DNA from: Zootoca vivipara
Lineage: Eukaryota
Length of the DNA: 64,000 bases
NCBI RefSeq assembly: GCF_963506605.1
Contig: NC_083287.1
Location: 36,022,001-36,086,000, forward strand
Direction of reading: 5' to 3'
In this document: positions 40,557 to 54,375 of the stretch, piece after piece
Layout: each line of letters begins with the position of its first letter
How positions within the stretch are numbered: the first letter of the stretch is position 1
Position numbers and translations under genes: made by a program
The notes under the pieces: generated by a model
What the model was told of the DNA's origin: nothing
Database searches by the model: none
Seen by the model: only the letters and a program-made list of their open reading frames with translations

Positions 40557-41056
40557 TTAACACATTTTTGTATTGCTGCTGCCTTTTTTCGCAGCAGTTG
40601 ACGTTGTCTGCTTTCTCAAGGGAAAGAAGGTTTTCTCCATATTGTGGTCAGCATAGTGATTCAGTGTTTTCACTTCTTCCTGTTTCCACATGAAGATCCT
40701 GGAGAAGATTGGTGGGAGAGGGACACCGCAGAGCCAGCCCTCTAGATAGCAAAGCTTCTGGAGCACTGAGAAAGATTGGGAACGGCTGCTTACCTGGTCT
40801 GGAGGTGGGCGGTGATTGAGACCTGGCGCAGCAACCCCTCAAACCCCCAGAGGGCAGAATGACTTTACCGTGGTGCCTGGCCTATCAGGGGCAAGCTGAG
40901 GGGTGGAGTCTGGGTGGTAGACCAGGGTGGAAAACTATTCATTCTGGTTTACCTCCGGGAAATAAAGGTCAACTGGTCCTGAGCATGGCATCCACTCCTA
41001 CCCTTCACCCCAGGCATTTCTCCCAAAGCATTGATAGAAGTAGTATTATAGTTGTA

Positions 41057-41792
41057 AAGGTAAAGGTAAAGGGACCCCTGACTGTTAAGTCCAGTCGCGG
41101 ACAACTCTGGGGTTGCGGCGCTCATCTCGCTCTATAGGCCAAGGGAGCCAATGTTTGTCCACAGACAGCTTCTGGGCTGTGGCCAGTATAACAAAGCTGC
41201 TTCTGGTGAACCAGAGCAGCACACGGAAACGCCATTTACCTTCCCACCAGAGTGGTACCTATTTATCTGCTAGCACTTTGATGTGCTTTTGGGGACCCAG
41301 GTGGCGCTGTGGTTAAACCACTGAGCCTAGGGCTTGCTGATCAGAAGGTCGGCGGTTCGAATCCCTGTGACGGGGCGAGCTCCCGTTGCTTGGTCCCAGC
41401 TCCTGCCAACCTAGCAGTTCGAAAGCACGTCAAAATGCAAGTAGATAAATAAGAACCGCTACAGCGGGAAGGTAAACGGCATTTCCATGTGCTGCTCTGG
41501 TTTGCCAGAAGCGGCTTTGTCATGCTGGCCACATGACCTGGAAGCTATACGCCGGCTCCCACGGCCAATAATGCGAGATGAGCGCGCAACCCCAGAGTCG
41601 GTCACGACTGGACCTAATGGTCAGGGGTCCCTTTACCTTTACCTTTACTTTGATGTGCTTTTGAACTGGTAGGTTGGCAGGAGCAGGGACCGAGCAACAA
41701 GAGCTCACCCCATCGCAGGGATTCAAACCACCGACCTTCTGATTGGCAAGCCCTGAGCTCTGTGGTTTAGACCACAGTGCCACCCACATCCT
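41057..41792 (-). mobile_element. Older Sauria SINE interrupted by a nested SINE
   Basis: 13-bp TSD tattatagttgta (41044-41056 / 41793-41805). Confidence 0.9.
41292..41646 (+). mobile_element. Young Sauria SINE nested in the opposite orientation
   Basis: TSD actttgatgtgcttttg (41275-41291 / 41647-41663); near-identical reverse complement of 32122-32478. Confidence 0.93.
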
Positions 41793-42241
41793 TATTATAG
41801 TTGTACCAGGCTTAATTTCTTATAACAGAGTAAATATACCTAAGTATTAAGTTTGCAAATTATCCTCTACACACTTAACCTGGGAGTGAACTTTGTTGAA
41901 TGCAGTGCTTGCTTACCTCTGAGTAAACTTGCCTAGGATTACACTGCCACAGTCATTTTATATCTTTGCCATTAAAAATTGCATATCTTACGGAATAATC
42001 TGAGTTCCATCTATGGAGAATGTAGCCATTGTTTAGCATTGCTTTTCTTCTTCTGTAGTAATGGCACCTTAAAATTTTCAGAAAAAGCCTTTTAACTGCT
42101 CTTATACTACTTCTGCAATAAATGGCATTCATTTACCGTAAGTTCCCATTGAAAACTGCAAACTCAATAGAATCCATTCTCCTGCCCTCCCCAGGTGTGT
42201 TCATCTATGAAAAGTGGAACCACTAATATTCCAATAATTAT

Positions 42242-42242
<1 letters not shown>

Positions 42243-42288
<46 letters not shown>
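42243..42288. repeat. (GT)n microsatellite
   Basis: Read directly from the sequence. Confidence 0.97.
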
Positions 42289-42291
<3 letters not shown>

Positions 42292-42402
42292 TGCATGAAA
42301 CATGTCTTGATCTTAGAGATGTGTTTCTTTTTAATATATCTGACGGTGGTTTAGCCCTGTTCATATTTTCAGTACAACAGTAAAATAATTCATTTGATTT
42401 GT

Positions 42403-42462
42403 TACAGGTAGGTAGCCAAACTTAGTTGGTCTCTAAGGTGCTACTGGAAGGATTTTTTTTAT
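42403..42462. mobile_element. Very short Penelope-like terminal fragment beside an exon acceptor
   Basis: Same family motifs; 14-bp TSD ttcatttgatttgt (42389-42402 / 42463-42476). Confidence 0.75.
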
Positions 42463-42471
42463 TTCATTTGA

Positions 42472-42675
<204 letters not shown>

Positions 42676-44227
42676 TAAAAAAAAAAAGAATAATAATATT
42701 CACAACCTGCATGATGATGATGATGATGATTACATTTATATCCCACCTTCCCTTCAGGGAGCTCAAGGTAGCATACATAGCTCTGAGATTACACCCACAA
42801 GCTCCTTTGGGTGCAGCTCCTCAGGCCCTGGAGAGCTGAATTCATTTAAAGTACCACCTTTCTTCATATCTTGGGCTTCAGCTCCCTTCTTATATCATTT
42901 ATTCTGTTATCACCCCCTGAAGTGTCTCTATGGCAGCTATTCATTGTTTAAGAACTGAGTTTCCTCCTTCCCCCTTTTGCCTCCCTGTCCCTTTCCCCTG
43001 TTGCATTTTGGGGGGGGGGGATTGTAAGCCTGCAAGAGGGACTGTTTCAATTGATTATATGTAAGCTGCTCTGGGAGCCTTTGTTGGCTGAAGAGTGGGG
43101 TACAAATGTTATAATTAAATAAAAGAAATAATGCTGAGATGTGAGACTTCTCTGTCAATGAAAACTGTTCCATTTAAAGGGAATGGTTATTTCATTTTGC
43201 CATGTTATGTGCAACTGGGAGATGATTTTTCTTCTATTAAAATGAAAAGCCTCTAGATTGTCCCAGAGCTAAAACTGCAGATCATTATACCTGGTGATAA
43301 ATCCCAGAGAGGAAAAGCGTTTTGGGGAGCTGATGATGTACAGTTCTGTCAGCGCTGTCTAGAATCACAATTTGACATACATCACCATACTTACATCTCC
43401 TGATGTTGTCAGTTTGACTCAGTTAAGACACTTTTAGCTTCAGTGAAGCATGTTTAGGGCAGTTGACTCCTGGGAGCGACCCGTCACAATTCAATGCATA
43501 TTTACTGAGGCAGGAAGCGAGGAGGACGCCTCGTGCACCTTCTGAAGTCAAACTAAACAAGAGCTCTGGAACTTGATTGCAAAAGTTTTTTTATGCAAAC
43601 AACTGGATGTTTAATGTACTGCGAAACTAAAATTAGTTTTGAAACTGAATACAATCATGGGGTAATAGCAATTTTAACTGTTCTTGGTATTAGGATTGCT
43701 TTTCTTATTTCTTCGGCATACCAAAGGCAAGTGTCATTATTTGCTATTCAAACCAGTTGAAGTGGAAATGATCAAGCCTTGCTTACACAATCAAAATTTA
43801 AAAGTTTTTTTTATTCTGGGGCTCCTGTCCTCTCCCTTATGTGTTAATCTCCAGCCCTTTTCATGCATTATTCCCTCCTTCCCCTTCCTTGCCCCGCTAA
43901 TAACACTGTGCAAGGGCAAGCATGGGGATGTTCTCTAGTGTCCCATGTCATGCCCGCACAGGAGGACTGCTCAGTTGCAGAAAAGGACCCATCACCCAAT
44001 TTCTTGCTGTTGTGAATACTGGATCCACATGCGGAAGACCAATTCTGACCAGGAGCTCAGTGATTGGGTCAGAAACTATGGCTTTGCTCATGTGGTTCTG
44101 GTATTATTCAGACACTTTCTGCAAATCTTACTAGAAGAAAGCCATTCCCTTCTAGCACTACATGTGACTGCAAGTTAATGCTTTGAATGTGTAAATGACC
44201 GTTCCCCACATAAAAGGGGTCCGCATT

Positions 44228-45076
44228 TTGCACGGTCGCGTGCAGCCCCCTGGAATCCCCAGGACAGCCCTGGCAGCTTGGAGGCTGGCGCTGCCTTCCC
44301 AGGCTTGATGCTTGTGGTCTCCGCCCACACAGTCAGCCGTCTAATCCAGCCGGGGGAGGCGTTGCCAGGGTGATTGGCCAGGTAGGAGGAGGTAACCATA
44401 CAGTGCACACAGCAGAAGGAGAGACATACCCGGGAAGCAGCTGACGGCTCCAGAGCTTTCCTACCCTCCACTCCCAAAATTAATGCTTGCATTACAGGTT
44501 AACCTTTCTTTTTCCTCTTCCACAGGCGTACACACACGCAGGCGCTGCTATGACAAGGTCGCTGTTGAAGGGCCGGAAAGGAATTTCCCTGCATTGGCAG
44601 GTTTCGCCTTTCCCATAGCAATTCGTCACAACTTTGGCGGTTGCAGGCCTTGGGCGGAATCCTTTAGCCATCTACATAAATGGGGTGTGTGTGTGGGGGG
44701 GTGACCCCCTGTCCCATTGCGGCAGCGATACCAGGGTTCCTGAAAATGGATCTAGGGGGGAGGCATTGACCATAAGCCCAGAGGCTGTCATTGCCCTCCC
44801 CTCCAGCAGCGACGAAAAGTGGGGGCTGTCTGTCTGCTTGAACATATGTTCTCCAGAGCTAGCCCAACCCCCACACATTCTGGATAACCCTGAAATTACC
44901 CAGATCCCCGGCTGGGGGCTGGGAAGGATAAACACCCAATGCCTGAGCCAAGGTCTCCCTACATCTGAATCTTAATAAAGTTGTGGCCAATTTTTAATCC
45001 CATTGAACGTTGTCCTGTGTCGTTATTCTGCTCGGGGGCTGCCTGGGGTTTGGGGGGACTCAGCCTGACCGCGCAA
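44228..45076 (+). mobile_element. GC-rich LTR-like or DIRS/Ngaro-like relic with short inverted termini
   Basis: Ends ttgcacggtc / gaccgcgcaa; aataaagttgtggcc about 100 bp before the right end; no TSD; family uncertain. Confidence 0.5.
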
Positions 45077-45309
45077 TACCGGTAAATCAAAGGCTGGTGT
45101 GAGTTAAGAGGCTGCTATCCCAGATTCTGGGGGGAAAGTCATTCACCATAAACATACTGCATGTTCAGAGATCTGTAGGATAGTTATTATAACTATTTCT
45201 TTTCATGTAAAAATGAAACGTGGAGCTAAACTGAAGCTGTTAAAAGACTGTCTTACGATTTGCAAAACACGAGTTGCTCATTTTACTGTAGATGTTGTTT
45301 GATTTTTAG

Positions 45310-45420
45310 GTGCTCAGAAAAGAGGGAAACATGTCTTTTGAACTTTGGTCACAGAGTGGCCCCCAGGGTCCTCAGTGGAACAGAGCTGAAGTGCTTTTAG
45401 GTGTTCAATCTTATTTTCAG
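45310..45420 (+). CDS. MALRD1: MALRD1 exon, MAM (VLRKEGNMSFELWSQSGPQGPQWNRAEVLLGVQSYFQ), phase 0-0
   Basis: ttttag|GTG acceptor, CAG|gtatgt donor, 111 bp. Confidence 0.93.
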
Positions 45421-45906
45421 GTATGTGCAATTTTGTTTGCCTTCTCCCCTTACTATTTCAAGCTATTTAATGTTTCTGTTGTTCTGTGCTTGTAATGTCA
45501 GCCGTAAGACATCATTGCATTTTCAAGCAATCAAAATCAAAATGATGCCTCTGCTGTAGAATGAAGTTCATTCATTAATGGCACAAAGAAGCAGAAATTG
45601 GAGGCAGGATGTTTCTTAGGGAATCTGTTACTTGAACTGTCTGCTTTATTGTTGCTTTATGGCCAAGATAAGGAACCAGTGACTCTCCAGATGTTGTCAG
45701 ATACAATCAACCCCAGCCAGCATGACTAATGGTAATGGATGATGGACATTGTAGTTCCATAATATAGTCAGGGTCACAGATTCTCAATCCCTGCTTTATG
45801 ATGTCAAAACCTTACCACAGTTGGCAGCATCGCAGTCTTTGGAAAATAGAATAATTTGCAAGCAGATTTTCAAGACTCTTTATTTATTTTTTTAGTCCCA
45901 ATTGTA

Positions 45907-46265
45907 CAGGTGAAACTCAGAAAATTAGAATATCTTCAAAAAGTGCATTTATTTCAGTAATGCAACTTCAAAGGTGAAACCAATATATGAGATAGATGCA
46001 TGACATGCAAAGCAAGATATGTCAAGCCTTTATTTGTTGTAATTGTAATTATTTGTCGTTGGGCGGGTCAATTATAAATGGAATGTAATTAATGAAATGT
46101 AATAGTGATGTTTATTTTTGTATTATTGTAACTATTTGTTTTAGTACTGTGCAATTTCCAAAAGAAAGCATTTGTAAAAATTAAAGGAAAAATAAAAAAT
46201 AATAAGTTGCATTACTGAAATAAATACGCTTTCCGACCATATTCTAATTTTCTGAACTTCACCTG
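45907..46265. mobile_element. Tc1/mariner-type MITE (inverted relative to 20460-20821)
   Basis: TIRs CAGGTGAA..., TA flanks, internal sequence is the reverse complement of the first copy. Confidence 0.88.
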
Positions 46266-46738
46266 TATTTCTGTTTGTCTGTATATGTGTGCATGTTTTG
46301 TATTACAAAGTAATGGTGAGTCTGCACTGTGCCAATCTTTCCTGTTCCCTGTTCTGGCAGTAAAATATGAACAATGTTGACTTTGGAGTTGTTCACTCCC
46401 TACCAGCTATCTCCTTTGTGTTTCTCATGTAGCATTCTTACCAGTAGTGTCACTTGCGATGGAGGGAGCTTCCCTCCTGCTCCAGCATTGCTGCTGCTGT
46501 TTACCTGGATGGTTCAGAGTGGTGAAGTCGGGGCCATGTAGGTGCCCTGGTAGGACCAATGGCTTGGCAGCAGCAATCCCACTAGTGTACCTGTCCAGAC
46601 CTGAACTCTCCACCACTCTTCCCCTCCATATCTCCATACTGGTAAGCATTAGTAATATTGGTGTCGGGAGAGAAGCTCCACCTCACTGATGCTACTGATG
46701 CTCACCACTATCACATGGATCAGAACATTGCCTATTAA

Positions 46739-47044
<306 letters not shown>

Positions 47045-47807
47045 TAATGAGTTATCAAGTCTCTAGTGAATTATTTATATAGTAGCACTGCTGCCAGTTC
47101 ATTAGTGGTTCCGAAATGTAAATGAAAAGCAAAATTAATGATTTTGAAATGCTCGTTATACTGGAGCCTGCCTCACATACACCCACGTGTTCATACAAAC
47201 AGATGTCCCCACCTGAGAATTTGCCAACCTCCTGGGTGCCAAAATCCCAATGACTCCTGCCTCACCCATGTAAATGTTTTGGCAGGAGGCAGCTGATTAA
47301 ACCTTGGGATTTAGGCACCCAGGAGGTTGGCAACTCTAAGCTGTTTGTATGAACATGTGGCTGCATGTGATTCCAGTTGATATTAGTGATCATGTCGACA
47401 GGGCACCTGGAAGTTGTATTAACCAAATTAAATAATGTGCTTCAGGCAATGGTGTGATTGTTATCTTAATTAATGTAAAATAAGAAAAAAACGACTTGTT
47501 ATTTAGTGTACTGGTATGATGCTGCTCAGCTTGCAATAAGACACAGGGGGGCCCACCGGGCTATTACAGTAGCATTTTGGTTTTACCACAGTTGCAAAAT
47601 AAAATGTGGACCAGCCCTACACATACTTTTCTAGAGAATTGGGTTCCAGTGCAATGAAAACACATCTGATTCTCATTTGTTACACGGACACTGAGAATGG
47701 TGAGTTTTGGCAGCATCAAACAGGGTCCTCAGAGAACTATGTGGAACTAGGTGTTGTTGCCCCAGCACTGCTGCTGTTACTCTGTCATCTAGTGCTGTTA
47801 TGTTGCT

Positions 47808-47842
47808 TCAGCATCAGCATCAGCATCAGCATCAGCATCAGC
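47808..47842. repeat. (CAGCAT)n microsatellite
   Basis: Read directly from the sequence. Confidence 0.9.
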
Positions 47843-48646
47843 AAATGCTTCCCTGTTGCTTTCCTGGGTGGAGAAAGAGTGGGTGTATGTTAACAGTGTG
47901 CCCACTGGATTCGTTAGGTCATGTGCAAGTGAGGGTGTGTGGATGTCTCTACCTGTTTACCCAGGTCTTCCTACCACAATCTCCAACATATGCCCTTTGA
48001 CTTTCCTGCTGCTACTCATTTTGTGGTCCACAGAGACAGACAAATCCCAAACTTTCTGACGGAAATCATTTTGTATTTCCGCCAGTAACTTTCTTTCAGC
48101 GAGTTCATGTCGTGTTGATACTGCTGCAATCTAAGTCTTGAACCAGGTAACCATATTTTAAAATTCAAAAAAGTGAAATTGAGGTTATATATTCATAGAA
48201 ATTTATTCTGAGCAGAAGCAAGCTAATAAACTATTTATTGCATCTTAAACTTGACCATAAGCTGCTTCCAGCTAGTTAAAACGGAAATTAAATTGTACAT
48301 TGCTACATGTTCACTCCAGTGGCCAAGATTTAAATTGAGCAAAGGGCTTTGATTCATGTATTTTTAAAACAACTTTTAAAAGATAAAATTTCAAAAAAGA
48401 GAGTAGCTAATATCCCTAGGACATTCATCTACTTTCAGTGTTAAAGCATGTGAACGGATGATCAAGCAACAGTGGTCACAGATGACAGGACAAATCCCAC
48501 AAAAATAATGTGTTCTCTCCAGACCAAAAGGGGATACAGAAGATACACACTGTCCACCAAGCCCCGTTCTATGCCCGATAACTGCAGGACACCTTTGCCC
48601 GGTGGCGCTGTGGCCCATAGATTGCAGCAAAATACTGGGCAAGGCT

Positions 48647-49343
48647 TTGCCCAGTATCTTCTCTGTGTGATGGGCTCATGGGAAAAGCTTTCCAATGAGC
48701 CCTTGTTGAAGAGGAGAGGGGAAAGGCTATATAAGGCTGCTTCCCCTGGATCTCACAGCGATTTTGTTTGAGAGGTTTACGCACGCCCACCCTCGCCTTC
48801 ACTGAGCAATTTTGGGTTGTTGGTAGACACGGCAGGAAAGGATTTTTTTCTCTCTCAACCTGATTGGCACTTGGGTGGGGTGTTTATCGCCTTTCCCTCA
48901 GTGAAATTATGGCTTTCCTTTGTTAGGCGGAAGAACATTGTTTGTATGAGGGAGGAAATGGCATTGGTCAGGATCACCATAGTATAGAGGGGACTCCATA
49001 AGAGGCCTGAGGGGAGGATTAACCACAACAAACCCAAGCGTGGGTTCGGTATCTGCCTGGTTGGAATCTGCACCCTGGTCCCCCCAATGAGACCTTGCTT
49101 GAAAGGTTCAACACTGGCTGACTCCCATCATATAGGTTTGGAACGATCTAAACCCAGTGGATCCATTCCATCAACATGGGGCTTGTGGAATGATGAACTG
49201 ATCCTGGGACCCCAATGCCATGCCAACCCTTGCCCTGCCTACTGCTGTCAATAAAGATTTGGCCTGATTTTATCCCATAACCATTGTACAGTCTGGTCAT
49301 TTTGCCACTCTCATGGGTCACATAATGCGCCTCCCTGGGCAAT
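48647..49343 (+). mobile_element. LTR-like or DIRS/Ngaro-like relic
   Basis: Ends ttgcccag / ctgggcaa; TATA-like ctatataagg; aataaagatttggcc about 90 bp before the right end. Confidence 0.45.
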
Positions 49344-51379
49344 TGCATACCTACCCAGCAAATTGTAATTTGGTGCTCTCAAATTTGCAAGAAAACAAAG
49401 CAAAGCAAGGCCAAAACATTTTAAAAGATTTTGGAATGAATCCTATAAATATTTCCCAATATAACAGAAAGCTTTCCTGTTGAACACTGCATTTTATGCA
49501 TCCAAATATCTTATTTCTTTTTAACAAGGAATGCTAATTTGAAAATTTTAAGTACAGGCAACAAAAAAGGGAAGACTCCATGTTGCAACACAGCAAAATC
49601 ACATGTTGCAGTCCTTAGTTACATTATGGATGAGCTTGAGTAAAGCCTGTGCTTAAATAAAATTGTGTTATCCTGGAATTGCAGAGGCAAAAGAAGGGAA
49701 ACTTTGACCTCTCACTGGCTAGGACACTAAGGTGTACTAGGTGGTTTTACCTCCTGTCTTTCAGCAGGAGACCAACTTGGTCCCATCTTAAGTCTTTGCA
49801 ATAGATATTTGTATTTTTCAAGGGGATTTTGCTGTCATTCCTAACCTAACATTAGATCCCATCTCCCCTTGCATGCCCCAGTAATTTATCTTGATGATAA
49901 TAAGAATGTCTAAGAAAAAAAATGGACACAGTAGAACAATTCCTCAGCAGATAAAAATGTAATTAAGTTTAGAATATAATTTATTGTTGAAGAAAGGTCT
50001 TTTTTGACATAAGATAATCAGGTAGCTATGCTCACTTCAATTTCCAAGAGGAATATCATTGTTCAAAAAGTGTACCAAATGATGATGCCATCTTAGCTGT
50101 GATAATCTACTATCACAAAACACTGCTTGGGATGGACCTGCTTACATGGTGTTCTCACCCTCCAGAGAAGCATGACAAAGAGAATGCATTTCTTGATTAT
50201 TATTTTTTAAAAAATAAATTAAAATGAGAATGTACTCTGTACTGTCTCTTGACAGCAAATCACACTTGAGATTTATGAAACCGTGTGTTGACAATGCTGA
50301 AAGCGGACCAGCTGTGATGAACGTCTAATGTTTGGATTGAGTTTTGTTTAGTTTTTTGTTTGAAGTTCAGAATCAGTCTCTTAAAGCTGACATAATCATT
50401 GCATTTGGGATCTGCAGTGGCTATGTGGTGGTTCACTCGTTGATGTTTGCATCAAGCCCTGATTCTTTAAATCAGCAGGGCCCAGGAGGACCAGCAGGAA
50501 CATGTCTTTCTGATGGAAGTGTTGGCATAATACTTGGTATTTGTTTTGGAAACTTTGCTTTTTTTGGAGCTTGGGGGGCCCAAGACAGAGGAAGGGCAGT
50601 CTCAGTGAGATGTATTTATTATGTTTGTGAATTCAAACATGCACCAGGTTTTATTATTACCTATTGCATTTTATCCCACCCTTCCAAGGAGCTTAGGACA
50701 ACGTACAAGGCTCTTTCATGCCCATATTATTCTTAAAACTTCCCTAAAACATAGGTTAGGCTGAGAGTTATGGATGTATCAATTTCAGGTTGCATTCCAT
50801 GAAATAAAATGGGATGTTTGAGGATTAGAGTACTGTAGAGTATCTTTTGATGGTAAGAAAATGAAAAGCCTTTTCTTAGTCTGCTTAGGTGAGCTGCCTG
50901 CAGCAAGTTCGATTAAGTTCTCAACATGTGTTGAGAAGCACCCATGTATATGTGAGGTTGGATGGTCATTTGCCATGGATGCTTTAGTTGAGATTCCTGC
51001 GTTGCAGGGAGTTGGACTACATGATCCTTAGGGTCCCTTCCAATGACTGTTCTATGATTCTCTGCCTCCTGTGCAGCTGTCCTCTTTTAGTTGATGATGG
51101 CTCGTTCCATTATAGAGGTTCTCACTTGATGCAGCAGTTATCAAGTGACAAGCACGTTTCTGTGAGGCAATCCACCCTTGTTTCCCAATGAAACCTCAAT
51201 TCTGTTGGAAAAAAATTATCAGTTTTAAAGTAGCTCTAGTGCCTCTTTTTAAAAAGACCATACAACTTTCTTTTACACAAACATATTGGGGGGAACATAC
51301 ATTGTGAAACTTTAATTTGTCTCCTGCAATTCTCCAAAGCCTTTTCCTCATTAATTTAGGTAGCTAAAAGAATACTTCA

Positions 51380-52069
51380 GCATGAGTTTAGATTTCCCTG
51401 GTTGTAAGATGGAAGTACCACTTACCGCCAACCAGAGAGGGCGGTCCAGTGTAGCTGCAGTGGTGCCTGGTTGTTTTCTGGCTTCGGCATGGGATGACAT
51501 CACTTCCTCCTCCACTGGCTGCACCAGCTGCTGGGGCTCTCCCATGGTTGCAGCCAGTCGTGGGCAAGCCTCTCATATTTCTGCCCTTCATTTCTCTCTG
51601 TGTTCTGGGAGACCAGGGCGGAAGGAATCTGGTCACAGCAGGAGGGGGAGACTGGATTCTGGATTCTTCAGCAGCCTGCCTCCTCTCTCTCCTGCCACCC
51701 TTCCTCTCCTGCCTCTGAGTCTAGACTGCCCTCTGCCACAGCCTCTTCCTGCTCACTAAGCCCTGTTACTTCTGCAGCTTCTGACACCTCCTCCTTCCAG
51801 TCTGCCCCCTCTTCTCCCTCTGAACGTGCATCACCATCCCACCCCAAATCCCCTGCTTCTGAGCCTTCTTCCCCTGGGGGTTGGCTCTGCATCCAGCCAG
51901 TCCATGACAGCAGACAGACTGGTTGATACAGGATACACACCCAATGCCTACACCAAACCCTGATGACATCTCTAATAAATAAACTTGTGGCCTGTTTAAT
52001 CCCAAATGGTTGTTCTGTGCTTATTTCAACTTCCCACCGCCCACAGCATCATTGTGCCTGGACTCGCAA
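51380..52069 (+). mobile_element. LTR-like or DIRS/Ngaro-like relic (left boundary uncertain)
   Basis: aataaacttgtggcc...ttaatccc...gactcgcaa right end matches the pattern of 44228-45076. Confidence 0.4.
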
Positions 52070-52261
52070 ATTGTACCTTCTCTTTGAATATAAAAGAACA
52101 TCTCTAGTCAAGTTGTTTTTTGCTCTATTTTAATTATCTTTTTATATACTGAAGTAATTTTAAGTCCAAATATAACTAATTTCACAGGTAATTGCAATAT
52201 GAAATAAGCTGCACCCTGCTGTTTCTTTTAATAGTTGATCTTGCTCTCTGATGGTCTAATT

Positions 52262-52397
52262 CAGGCATCCCCAAACTGCGGCCCTCCAGATGTTTTGGCC
52301 TACAACTCCCATGATCCCTAGCTAAGAGGACCAGTGGTCAGGGATGATGGGAATTGTAGTCTAAAACATCTGGAGGGCTGAAGTTTGGGGGTGTCTG
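52262..52397. mobile_element. 136-bp hAT (Charlie-like) MITE
   Basis: Nearly identical to 19117-19252; imperfect TSD gtctaatt / gttaaatt. Confidence 0.86.
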
Positions 52398-52850
52398 GTT
52401 AAATTCCTATAGCTAGTATACTTCTGTATGTTACTATATAAAAAGTTCGTTCTCTTTTGCTTGTCTAGAAGAATTGGTTTGTTGTGATCTTTGAAACAAT
52501 GGTACTAGAAACTTAAAACAATAAGTTTAACAACTAAAAATTTAAAGCCTTCTGTTTTTCTCAAAATATTATGAAATAAATATCTAAGGTGCCGGATATT
52601 TTTGGTTTACCCATACCCATATTGCCTCTTATAAACATTCATTTGTGAATTGCAATTAGATACCTATTGGGTAAAATAAGCCTGAATTAAACAAAAGGCT
52701 GTTTGCTAATCTAAATTCCTTTTAAAATGATGTTATGATCACCATCAGCCTTTGCACGATAGAGCATCAGCCACCTGTTAAAAAGCCTTTCATTAGTTAA
52801 ATGAGACTCTCTCCATTTTGAGGATAAAGGCAGAATATGTTTGTTATTAG

Positions 52851-53297
<447 letters not shown>

Positions 53298-54083
53298 TAA
53301 TTAGCCGAGTGCTATTGTAAAGCAGTATTATGTTGCTTTCAGTGTAGAACCTCCAAAAAGGGAAATAGGTTCTGTTGAAAACTTCATTTGTTCTGAAGGA
53401 GATGGTACATTGCTTAAGTTTAATGTACATTGTACATTGCTTAATGTTTGGATCTTGGGGTGCTGGGTGTAGAAAACATCTTATGATAAAAAATGTACAG
53501 AATAATCTGTGTGCCTCTGATAAGCTATTGAAATTAAGCAAGGATAAACAAATCTTTGAATAAAAAATGGTTATTGCTGTTCAAATGTCATTTGGATTCG
53601 ACCCCCAAACATTTGGTAGTGGGAAATAAATGTTTATTTTTCAAAGGAAGTTGTTTTTTAATTAGATTTCTATGGTGCCCTCCTTGGGAACTCTCAAGGC
53701 AGTTTAGAAGCATATTAAAGCAACAAGAAACAATAAAAAAGTTAACTCAAAACAATGAAAAGAAGACAGTGTATTTTATTACACTGGATCTAAAATGAGA
53801 CTTCATGGGTAACACTGAACCAGTCTCCAAGAATTCAGTATCTCTATTAAGAAGTGTAACTACTTCATGCTCCGCTGCCCCACCACCTGCCCCTTAAAAG
53901 CTGGTCTTTACTGTAAAATCATTAATGGACTATAGATATTTAAATGGATAAATATTGCAAATCCACTGCACACTGACAAATAGTCTGTTGGATGCTTTTC
54001 TTATGGAACCATAAAACATGTTTTCACTATGAAGGGGGTATTATTTAATGTCACTGCTCCATATTTACTCCTCTTCATTTCAG

Positions 54084-54375
54084 GTAATATTCTACTACCA
54101 CATGTATGGAGCCAACACTGGATCACTAACTGTCTACCAGGTGACAGCATCAAATCCCCCCCAAGTATTGTTCAACCTCTCTGGAGATCAGGGAAATTTC
54201 TGGAAAAGAAAAGTGCTGCTATTAGAAGCCGATGAGGACTTCCAGATCACCTTTGAAGGGCGTGTTGGAAAAGGCTACAGGAGATTTATAGCCCTTGATG
54301 ACATCGTGTTTACAAGGGAATGCTTGCCATCATCACAGCTCTTGTCAGATGAACCTACAGCGTCACCCTCAACAG
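54084..54375 (+). CDS. MALRD1: MALRD1 exon, MAM end (VIFYYHMYG...IALDDIVFTRECL...SPST), phase 0-1
   Basis: tttcag|GTA acceptor, G|gtaatt donor, 292 bp. Confidence 0.95.

Noticed and set aside
47707-48000. ORF with a QHQHQH tract; also poly-L (39829-40032) and YLSI-repeat (57003-57361) ORFs
   Set aside because: These are translations of microsatellites.
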